Translations under genes and position numbers: made by a program
In this document: in pieces, positions 17,540-24,921 of the stretch
Numbering within the stretch: the stretch's first letter is position 1
Layout of the letters: each line of letters begins with the position of its first letter
Notes under the pieces: model-generated
What the model saw: the letters and a program-made list of their open reading frames with translations, nothing else
Told to the model about the DNA's origin: nothing
The model's database searches: none
From: an uncultured bacterium
GTDB lineage: Bacteria > Patescibacteriota > Minisyncoccia > Phycocordibacterales > GWA1-40-21
Length of the DNA stretch: 64,000 bases
Direction of reading: 5' to 3'
Assembly (NCBI GenBank): GCA_963798465.1
Contig: CAWCTC010000001.1
Span: 196,315 to 260,314, forward strand

Positions 17540-17584
17540 TGGGCGCTAGCACGCAAATTGCTTTGCGTGCGTAAGGGATTCGAA
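17540..17584 (+). repeat. tRNA-Val 3'-half mirror module
   Basis: TGGGCGCT is the reverse complement of the acceptor 3' strand. It is followed by A + 22-nt hairpin GCACGCAAA-TTGC-TTTGCGTGC + GT. AAGGGATTCGAA is then the reverse complement of the T-loop and T-stem 3' strand. Confidence 0.8.
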
Positions 17585-17702
17585 AGACTTTTCCGTGTCG
17601 AGTGAAACGAGACGGAAAAGTACCCGCGACGGTCGTCGAGAATCCCTGAGTTGTTTAAATAGCAGTTATCTCAAATCTATGCTAAATTATTAAAATAAAT
17701 TT

Positions 17703-18429
17703 ATGAAAATTCCCATCCTCTACGAAGACAAAGATGTTGTCGTTATAAACAAGCCAGCTGGGCTTGTCGTCCATTCTGATGGAAAAACCAAGGAAAAAAC
17801 TTTGGTTGATTGGATTTTGAAAAAATATCCGAAGACAAAAAATGTCGGCGAGCCAATCATTTTGGATGACGGGACAAAAATATTAAGACCGGGAATTGTC
17901 CACAGAATTGATAGAGATACTACCGGCACTTTGATAATCGCAAAAAACAAAGAAGCTTTTGAATTTCTGAAAGAACAATTCAAAGACAGAAAAGTTCACA
18001 AAATTTATCAAGCTTTTGTTTACGGAGATTTGAAAGAGGAAAGAGGAATGATAGATCGACCTATCGGAAGAAGTACAAATGATTTCCGAAAATGGACTGC
18101 ACAGAGAGGAGTGCGTGGAGAAAGACGAGAAGCTGTAACATATTTCAAAGTTTTAGATAAAAAGGGCGATATAACTTTTGTCGAAGCCATGCCAAAAACC
18201 GGAAGAACTCATCAGATTAGAGTTCATTTAAGTGCAATCAATCATCCGATTATTCAGGATAAACTTTATGCGACGGATTTTTTTTGAAGAAAAAACAGCA
18301 GCTTGGATTCAAAAGGATGGCACTTCATGCAAGAGAATTGGAAATAGAACTTCCTTCGGGAAAATTGCTTGAATAGTAGCTCCGTATCCTGAAGATTTTG
18401 AGGAAGCTATAAAAAAAATAATGAAATAA
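17703..18429 (+). CDS. RluA/RluD-family pseudouridine synthase, reading frame interrupted twice as sequenced
   Basis: [15 protein letters not shown] and GRTHQIRVH motifs. The C-terminal part continues in other frames (..[23 protein letters not shown], then [18 protein letters not shown]). Breaks are at the T8 run 18278-18285 and near 18372. Confidence 0.7.
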
Positions 18430-18454
18430 AATCGGTTGTCAAAAATTATTTAAT

Positions 18455-18895
18455 GTGCTAAATTACATAACCTATGGAATTGAAAAAATCAAGACATCGC
18501 CTATAGACATGGAAGCCAGAAAAAAGATTGATATGAGATCTGGAGACACTGTTCGTGTTTGGCAGAAAATACAGGAAGGAGAAAAAACAAGACTTCAAGC
18601 TTTTGAAGGAATGGTTTTGGCTTTGAAACATGGAAAAGAAAATGGCGGAACTTTTACTGTCAGAAGAGTCGTGGATGATGTCGGAGTTGAAAGAATTTTC
18701 CCATTATATTCTCCATCTATCGATTCGATCGAAGTTTTGAAGAGAGCACAAGTAAGAAGAGCAAAACTTTATTACATCAGAGAAAAAGCCACTAAAGAAT
18801 TGAAGAGACATTTGAAGAGCGAGCTTCTTGGAGCCAGAAAAGAAAGCAATACCGATACGAAAAAGGCAGAAAAAGAAAAGAAAGAAGAGAAATAA
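18455..18895 (+). CDS. rplS: 50S ribosomal protein L19 (start may be ATG 18509), Lys-rich C-terminal tail
   Basis: [31 protein letters not shown]...[17 protein letters not shown] is a clear L19. Confidence 0.85.
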   Translation: MLNYITYGIEKIKTSPIDMEARKKIDMRSGDTVRVWQKIQEGEKTRLQAFEGMVLALKHGKENGGTFTVRRVVDDVGVERIFPLYSPSIDSIEVLKRAQVRRAKLYYIREKATKELKRHLKSELLGARKESNTDTKKAEKEKKEEK

Positions 18896-18905
18896 TTTGA
18901 GCAAA

Positions 18906-18935
18906 CAAAAAAACCACCAGGGAGTGGTTTTTTTG
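18906..18935 (+). terminator. intrinsic terminator after rplS
   Basis: AACCAC-CAGGGA-GTGGTT hairpin followed by a T run. Confidence 0.6.
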
Positions 18936-18994
18936 TCCAATTAAATTGGTAGACGCTACATCCTTGAGCCAAATATATAAGATGATATAATAAG

Positions 18995-19678
18995 ATGGTG
19001 AAAAGGGGACCAAAACCAAGAAGTAAAGTAAAAATAAAATGGTCTGCAAATTTTGCTTATGCAATCGGGCTTATTGCAACAGATGGCAATTTATCTCCCG
19101 ACGGCAGACATATATCATTTACTTCAAAAGATATTGAACAAATCAATAATTATCAAAAAGCATTAAAAATTAGTTGCAGTATAGGAAAAAAAAGTAATGG
19201 TTTTGTTAAAGAAAAAAAATATTATGTAGTACAGTTTAGCGATATTTTTTTCTATCAATTTTTAGAATCTATTGGAATAACTCGTGCAAAATCAAAAACT
19301 CTGGGTAAAATAGATGTTCCATCAAAATATTTTTTTGATTTTTTACGAGGCTCATTTGATGGCGATGGTACATTTTATTCATATTGGGATAAAAGATGGA
19401 AATCTAGTTTCATGTTTTATTTGGAATTTATATCAGCGAGTAAAAAACATATCTTATGGATAAGATCTGAGATTGAAAAGAGATTAAAGATTAGAGGACA
19501 TATAACTAATGATGGCAGTAAAAAAACGTTACAATTAAAATATGCCAAAAGAGAATCGCTGGAAATTATTAAAAGAATGTACTACAATCAAACGGTTGTT
19601 TGTTTATCCCGCAAGCGTATTAAAATTATCAAAGTTTTAAAGATTGAACATAATCAGCAAAAGAGGTATGAGTTTTGA
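18995..19678 (+). CDS. free-standing LAGLIDADG-family homing endonuclease
   Basis: Two LAGLIDADG-type motifs: AIGLIATDGNL and FLRGSFDGDGTF. Confidence 0.75.
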   Translation: MVKRGPKPRSKVKIKWSANFAYAIGLIATDGNLSPDGRHISFTSKDIEQINNYQKALKISCSIGKKSNGFVKEKKYYVVQFSDIFFYQFLESIGITRAKSKTLGKIDVPSKYFFDFLRGSFDGDGTFYSYWDKRWKSSFMFYLEFISASKKHILWIRSEIEKRLKIRGHITNDGSKKTLQLKYAKRESLEIIKRMYYNQTVVCLSRKRIKIIKVLKIEHNQQKRYEF

Positions 19679-19687
19679 CAAAATAAT

Positions 19688-19769
19688 GCACGGGTGTTGT
19701 AACTGGTAGCCAAGTATGCTTGAGGTGCATATGCCGTAAGGCGTGCGGGTTCAAGTCCCGCCCCGTGCA
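19688..19769 (+). tRNA. tRNA-Leu (anticodon GAG), long variable arm
   Basis: Acceptor GCACGGG/CCCGTGC, anticodon stem-loop TATGC-TTGAGGT-GCATA, variable arm CCGTAAGGCGT, T arm GCGGG-TTCAAGT-CCCGC. Confidence 0.8.
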
Positions 19770-19944
19770 CATTGCAAATAATTGAAAATCGCTAAACTTA
19801 TATTTAGAGGCGATTTTCTTTTGTAGTATACAAGTTGAACTGGGCGTAACGAAGGAGATTATGTCGGAGATTTGTCTTAAGTTCACGAAAGACAAAATGT
19901 CTGACCACACAAAATTCTTCAATATTATAAAAAATATTGTATAA

Positions 19945-20634
19945 TTGTTAAACATTATGAAAACATTTTACAAAATTTTCGGCCTATCTTTCATATGGTT
20001 CTCGGTCTGGGGCATTTTTATTTTTTATCTTCAGCCACAAGGAGTCGATTATATAAATAATTATCTTCTTACCGCCATATATTTTCTGCTTGTTATTGTC
20101 GCTCTCACTTCGATCTTCAAAAAAGAAATGGACGGTTATATCGATAAATTTTCACCGAGAGATTTATTGGCAATGGTTCTTTTTTCTATTGTCGTCATAT
20201 CGATATATTATTTTTTGAATGCCCTGAACATAAATACTCCGCTCGGAGCCATAAGAAATACTTTGCCCGCAGTTTTCCAGCTCGATCCAAAGTTTATAGT
20301 TACTAAAGCTTTTGAAATAATGTTCCAGCAGGTATTTTTCATGATAAGCATATATTATCTTTTTGGAAATAATGTTTCAAAATATATAGATATACTTTTG
20401 TTCGGTTTTTATACCATGTTTATACATCTGCCAATACTTTTTACGGATGCTTCCACGGGTAAAATCCTTTTTGGAGCTTCATTTTTTGTAGGTTTGATTT
20501 TTTCTTACTGCATTACAAAATCGAAAAAAGGTTTTATATACAGCTATATGATACACTTCGGACTATACGTGATTTTGACAGCGATTTTTTGGCTCGGAGG
20601 TTCAAAATTAATATCGGGTTTGGGAATAATTTAA
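19945..20634 (+). CDS. hypothetical polytopic membrane protein
   Basis: Listed ORF with 6-7 hydrophobic helices. The resemblance to the CPBP family is weak and not asserted. Confidence 0.4.
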   Translation: MLNIMKTFYKIFGLSFIWFSVWGIFIFYLQPQGVDYINNYLLTAIYFLLVIVALTSIFKKEMDGYIDKFSPRDLLAMVLFSIVVISIYYFLNALNINTPLGAIRNTLPAVFQLDPKFIVTKAFEIMFQQVFFMISIYYLFGNNVSKYIDILLFGFYTMFIHLPILFTDASTGKILFGASFFVGLIFSYCITKSKKGFIYSYMIHFGLYVILTAIFWLGGSKLISGLGII

Positions 20635-20682
20635 AATTTGTCGGACTTGTAGATAAAAAATGTTTGGCTTAATTCAAAAAAA

Positions 20683-21207
20683 ATGCTTTACACAAAAAAA
20701 GGAGACGATGGAAAAACAAATATTTTCGGCTGCAATCAGCGGCTTTCAAAAAGTTCGGCAATAACTGAAGCACTTGGATGTTTGGACGAGATAAATTCCT
20801 ATCTTGGAGTCGTGAAGTCAAAAATTAGCGATGATAAAAACAAGGAAATAATCCATCGGATTCAAAACGATCTTTTTATTATTCAAGCTGAAGTTGCCGG
20901 AGCAGACAAGAAAATAAAAGAGGAAGAAGTAAATTTTTTGGAAGAAATCATAAGCAATATTGAAAAAGAACTTCCACCAATTAAAACTTTTCTAATTTCT
21001 GGTGCGAATGAGATTTCTGCCAGTTTTGATTTTGCCCGAACGCTTGCACGCCGAGCCGAAAGAAGAGTTGTTGCTGTCTCCGAAGAAGGAATTGCAAAAA
21101 TCGACTCTCAAACTCTGATTTTTTTGAACAGACTTTCGAGTTTGCTTTATGCTTTTGCGAGATTTACCGCAAAAGAAAATGGAGCGGAAAAATCTCCGAA
21201 ATATTAA
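20683..21207 (+). CDS. PduO-type ATP:cob(I)alamin adenosyltransferase
   Basis: N-terminal LYTKKGDDGKTNIFG...ALGCLDEINSYLG is the Cob_adeno_trans pattern. Confidence 0.75.
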   Translation: MLYTKKGDDGKTNIFGCNQRLSKSSAITEALGCLDEINSYLGVVKSKISDDKNKEIIHRIQNDLFIIQAEVAGADKKIKEEEVNFLEEIISNIEKELPPIKTFLISGANEISASFDFARTLARRAERRVVAVSEEGIAKIDSQTLIFLNRLSSLLYAFARFTAKENGAEKSPKY

Positions 21208-21268
21208 TCCTAGATTTTATCGCAAAAATCTGTTATAAATAGCAAATCAAAACAATGTTTTGATGAAT

Positions 21269-21340
21269 GGTGGCTATGGTGTAGCGGTAGCACAAGAGTT
21301 TGTGGAACTTTTAGTTCGGGTTCAACTCCCGATAGCCACC
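21269..21340 (+). tRNA. tRNA-His (anticodon GTG) with encoded G-1
   Basis: G-1 + GTGGCTA/TAGCCAC acceptor, discriminator C, anticodon loop TTGTGGA, T arm TCGGG-TTCAACT-CCCGA. Confidence 0.85.
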
Positions 21341-21342
21341 CA

Positions 21343-21906
21343 AATGAAAAAGCGGCGTTAAGCCGTCTTTTTCATTTGGGTGGCTAAGCAAGCAAACTGC
21401 TTTGCTTGCGTTCGGGAGTTGAACAGCGGAATGATGTTTTTTCAGCAGGAAAAACGAATGAGCTGGTGCCCAGACAAAGCTGAGTGACGACGAAGCTTTA
21501 GTCGAGGGAAACATCCCCGATAGCCACCCAAATGAAAAAGCGGCGTTAAGCCGTCTTTTTCATTTGGGTGGCTAAGCAAGCAAACTGCTTTGCTTGCGTT
21601 CGGGAGTTGAACAGCGGAATGATGTTTTTTCAGCAGGAAAAACGAATGAGCTGGTGCCCAGACAAAGCTGAGTGACGACGAAGCTTTAGTCGAGGGAAAC
21701 ATCCCCGATAGCCACCCAAATGAAAAAGCGGCGTTAAGCCGTCTTTTTCATTTGGGTGGCTAAGCAAGCAAACTGCTTTGCTTGCGTTCGGGAGTTGAAC
21801 AGCGGAATGATGTTTTTTCAGCAGGAAAAACGAATGAGCTGGTGCCCAGACAAAGCTGAGTGACGACGAGATGAGAGGCGAGGGAAACATCCCCGATAGC
21901 CACCCA
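21343..21906 (+). repeat. three head-to-tail 188-bp units (21343-21530, 21531-21718, 21719-21906), each ending in the last 15-16 nt of tRNA-His
   Basis: Read directly. Units 1 and 2 look identical, and unit 3 differs in a 9-nt patch at 21870-21878. The overlapping minus-strand ORFs in the track repeat the same peptide, confirming the period. Confidence 0.9.
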
Positions 21907-21976
21907 GCATTATTTTTAAGATAATATATCCTTATATTACTTTGGTTTTCCAATTCTACTCTGGTATACTTTTGGT

Positions 21977-22630
21977 ATGAATAAGGAAACAAAATTATTT
22001 ATTGAAAAATTACAAACACAATCCAATGTTCTCGGAATTATTTTATTCGGTTCTTGGGCAAGAGGAAATAATCGTCCAAACAGCGATATTGATTTGATAG
22101 TTATTCTTAAAGATGGGTTCAAAAGAACTGTAGAGTATAAAGATGACCAAGCTTTTGAAATTACATACACAACAGAAAAATCAGTTATGGAATATTGGAA
22201 AAGTCAAAAAGATGATTGTGCAGGGTTGTGGAAGGTGGCAAAAATTCTTTATGATAAAGATGGAACAATAAAAAAACTTGAAAAATTTGCTCAGAAAATA
22301 ATAAGCAAAGGAAAAGAACCATTAGACGAGACAAAATTAAATCATCTGAAATTTGATGCAGGAGATAGTTTAGAAGCAATAAGAGCTTTTTCTAAGACAG
22401 AACCAATATTAGCAAATTTTTTGTTAAATAATAAAATTTTTGGTCTAACTGAGTTATTTTTTGATATACGACAATTGTGGATACCTGCTCCCAAACAGAG
22501 ATTTTCTGAAATAAGAGAAATTAATCAAGAACTTTTTAATCTTCTGAACCGATTCTATCAAGAGAACATATTTCTTGTGGAAAAAATTAAGATTGCAGAG
22601 GAAATCACCCAAATAGTTTTTAAACAATAG
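21977..22630 (+). CDS. nucleotidyltransferase-domain protein (MNT/KNTase-like)
   Basis: GIILFGSWARGNNRPNSDIDLIVIL is the polymerase-beta-type NTase motif. Confidence 0.7.
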   Translation: MNKETKLFIEKLQTQSNVLGIILFGSWARGNNRPNSDIDLIVILKDGFKRTVEYKDDQAFEITYTTEKSVMEYWKSQKDDCAGLWKVAKILYDKDGTIKKLEKFAQKIISKGKEPLDETKLNHLKFDAGDSLEAIRAFSKTEPILANFLLNNKIFGLTELFFDIRQLWIPAPKQRFSEIREINQELFNLLNRFYQENIFLVEKIKIAEEITQIVFKQ

Positions 22631-22735
22631 TGTACTCGAGGGTAGGGTAAAAAGCGGGAATATAAATACTTGTATCATTTAATCTATCAAACACAGTTCT
22701 TACATCCTCTACAACGGCACCCAAGAGAATTTTTA
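22627..22735. repeat. copy 1 of a ~100-bp diverged direct repeat (minus strand reads as a start-less C-terminal protein fragment)
   Basis: It aligns with 22959-23052. The shared core is GGAATATAAATACT..ATCATTTAAT..AGTTCT.ACATC.TCT. Confidence 0.6.
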
Positions 22736-22776
22736 CTGTAAATATTTTTTAAAGACACTCGTGATATAATTTAGTC

Positions 22777-22944
22777 ATGAAAAAATATCCATTGTACATA
22801 TATGTGATTGGGACTGCTGTTGCATGGGCGATTGTTCTCACGCTCTCATGGTTTGGTGTTATCTGGAAACCCTTCCATAACGTTGTCACAGTATTTGGAG
22901 GTTTCGTGCTCGGAATGCTATATATGTATATTAGCATGAAGTGA
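22777..22944 (+). CDS. small (55-aa) two-TM membrane protein, below the ORF-track length cut-off
   Basis: ATG 22777 is preceded by GATATAAT. The product is MKKYPLYIYVIGTAVAWAIVLTLSWFGVIWKPFHNVVTVFGGFVLGMLYMYISMK*. This is preferred over the antisense 62-aa ORF. Confidence 0.35.
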   Translation: MKKYPLYIYVIGTAVAWAIVLTLSWFGVIWKPFHNVVTVFGGFVLGMLYMYISMK

Positions 22945-22958
22945 TTTGCAGTTAATAA

Positions 22959-23052
22959 ATAGTGTATTCAAAAATACTGGAATATAAATACTCACATCAT
23001 TTAATTTTGCAAAAATAGTTCTAACATCTTCTGCTACGATACCAACTTTTTA
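22959..23052. repeat. copy 2 of the ~100-bp diverged direct repeat
   Basis: See 22627-22735. The minus-strand reading is KVGIVAEDVRTIFAKLNDVSIYIPVF, against ..GAVVEDVRTVFDRLNDTSIYIPAF in copy 1. Confidence 0.6.
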
Positions 23053-23146
23053 GGTGTGATATGTGAAGTATCTTGACGTTTTGGTTTTTTTAGTGTACTA
23101 TTTTTTGTGGAAGATTAATCTTTTAAAAATAGAGAGGGGAGAAAAA

Positions 23147-23716
23147 ATGAAAAAATCATTATTTCTGTTTGTATGTTTTATTTTCTTTGTTGTAGGTTAT
23201 GTTCGCGCTGCCGATGAGACAAATGCCGCAAAAGGCCCTTATCTTGCATGCGTTGCAACTGTCGGTATTGATAAGACCGACGGCAAAGAAAAAATTTCGG
23301 AAATAAAAGGTCTTGCATCGGGAGAAATTTTTGGTTTTAAGGGCAATCTTGATACCTCAAATACTACTGTTACGGCTGAAGCAACGACACAAACTGCTAT
23401 TCAGGTTTTTGAAGTTGTCAGAGACGGAACAGCCGATGATTATCTTGGATTCTTTGATCGGCCGATTTATGAACTTTATCTGACACAGAGCCAGGTAAAA
23501 GAATTTCTAGATAACCCGATCTTTTTCAAGGACGACGACCACTACTATAATTTTTTATGCAGGGAGAATGGCCATTGTTTCCTGGTAAGTGCAAAACATT
23601 CGGAAAATGGAATAAATATGTTCGTGTTTCCATTTCCAACTGACACTTCGCTGTCAGGGATAATCCTGTCGGCGAAAAATAATTTAATTATAGTTGTGCC
23701 AGCGCCGAAATTGTAA
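23147..23716 (+). CDS. secreted hypothetical protein
   Basis: The signal peptide MKKSLFLFVCFIFFVVGYVRA starts at the internal ATG 23147 of listed ORF 23063..23716. Confidence 0.5.
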   Translation: MKKSLFLFVCFIFFVVGYVRAADETNAAKGPYLACVATVGIDKTDGKEKISEIKGLASGEIFGFKGNLDTSNTTVTAEATTQTAIQVFEVVRDGTADDYLGFFDRPIYELYLTQSQVKEFLDNPIFFKDDDHYYNFLCRENGHCFLVSAKHSENGINMFVFPFPTDTSLSGIILSAKNNLIIVVPAPKL

Positions 23717-23839
23717 TTTCCTCTGTCAGATTTAACCCTTCAGTATCTTGCGACAAGCATGGTACTGGAGGGTTTTTTAAATTGGAAAATATGGCAGGGA
23801 TTTTTTTGTTGCAATTTGATATAATTTCTATGTAATTGT

Positions 23840-24841
23840 ATGGATACAAAAATTTTAATAAAAACTATCGATAGGCTGACAAAATCTCCGAAAGGAATTC
23901 TTGCAATAGATGAAAGTACAAAAACTTGCAATAGCCGTTTTGAAAAACTCGGAGTTCCGCAGACCGAAGAAAAAAGAAGGGAATACCGCGAGCTTCTTGT
24001 CACCGCTCCGAACATTGAAAAATATATTTCGGGATATATCGTTTTTGACGAGACGATAAGACAGTTCACAAAAAACGGAAAAAGTTTTACTTCTATTTTA
24101 AAATCAAAAAAAATCGATATCGGAATAAAAGTTGATAAAGGAACTGTAGATTTTGGAAATATTCCGGGAGATAAAATTACCGAAGGGCTTGAAGGATTGT
24201 CCGAAAGATTGGACGAATACAAAAAAATGGGCGCGACTTTTGCAAAGTGGAGAGCGATTTATAATATCAGCGAAAATACTCCGAGCGAGGAAGACATGAA
24301 AGCAAACGCAGAAAATTTTTCAAAGTATGCTTTGCTTTGCCAGGAACATGACATCGTTCCGATAGTCGAGCCGGAAGAATTGATAGACGGCGACCACTCG
24401 ATTGAAAAGTGCTATGAAGTGACGGCGAAAAATCTGGATATGATTTTTTCCGCGCTGAAATCTGCAGGAATTTTTATTCCCGGAATGATTTTGAAAACCA
24501 GCATGGTGATTGCCGGAAAAGGCGCGCAAAAACAATCGGCTCCCGAAGAAGTGGCGGAGATGACTATAAAATGCTTGAAAGAAAATGTTCCGGCTGAAAT
24601 CGGCGGGATAGTTTTTCTTTCCGGCGGACAGGAAGATGAGGAAGCGACTTTGAATCTGAATGCGATGAAGAAACTCGGCAAACTGCCTTGGCCTCTGACT
24701 TTTTCTTATGGCAGAGCGATACAAAATCCGGCGCTCCAAAGCTGGGCGAAAAATCCGGCAGATTTTTTGACAGCTCAAAAATTGCTCGTTGAAGCCGCGA
24801 AAAGAAATAATTTGGCGAACAAAGGAAAATATAAAAAATAA
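23840..24841 (+). CDS. class I fructose-bisphosphate aldolase
   Basis: GILAIDESTKTCNSRFEKLGV, ..ILKTSMV.., LSGGQ are the class I (Schiff-base) FBA pattern. Confidence 0.8.
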   Translation: MDTKILIKTIDRLTKSPKGILAIDESTKTCNSRFEKLGVPQTEEKRREYRELLVTAPNIEKYISGYIVFDETIRQFTKNGKSFTSILKSKKIDIGIKVDKGTVDFGNIPGDKITEGLEGLSERLDEYKKMGATFAKWRAIYNISENTPSEEDMKANAENFSKYALLCQEHDIVPIVEPEELIDGDHSIEKCYEVTAKNLDMIFSALKSAGIFIPGMILKTSMVIAGKGAQKQSAPEEVAEMTIKCLKENVPAEIGGIVFLSGGQEDEEATLNLNAMKKLGKLPWPLTFSYGRAIQNPALQSWAKNPADFLTAQKLLVEAAKRNNLANKGKYKK

Positions 24842-24921
24842 TCCACTATTATATGCTGTTTGTCTTTACTGAAAATTAAAAAATGTGTATAATATAGGAG
24901 ATATTTAAAAAGTTGCTTTAG

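Noticed and set aside
17540-17584. Retroelement primer-binding site complementary to the tRNA 3' end
   Set aside because: The complement matches the genomic 3' trailer rather than a CCA-ended mature tRNA. It is interrupted by the 25-nt hairpin insert, and no reverse transcriptase is present in the window.
21343-21530. tmRNA, or a second tRNA-His gene with an intron
   Set aside because: There is no tag-peptide reading frame and no tRNA-Ala-like G:U acceptor. The unit lacks D and anticodon arms. Its acceptor simply copies whichever tRNA lies upstream, since it differs at the Arg and Val loci.
21343-21906. CRISPR array
   Set aside because: The period is 188 bp and the whole units are essentially identical. 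There are no short repeats alternating with unique spacers, and no cas genes in the window.
21311-21992. Three overlapping minus-strand ORFs (67, 86 and 120 aa) with the same peptide MFPSTKASSSLSFVWAPAHSFFLLKK...
   Set aside because: They are a by-product of the 188-bp tandem repeat and run antisense through tRNA-derived and hairpin sequence. There is no start context or family resemblance.
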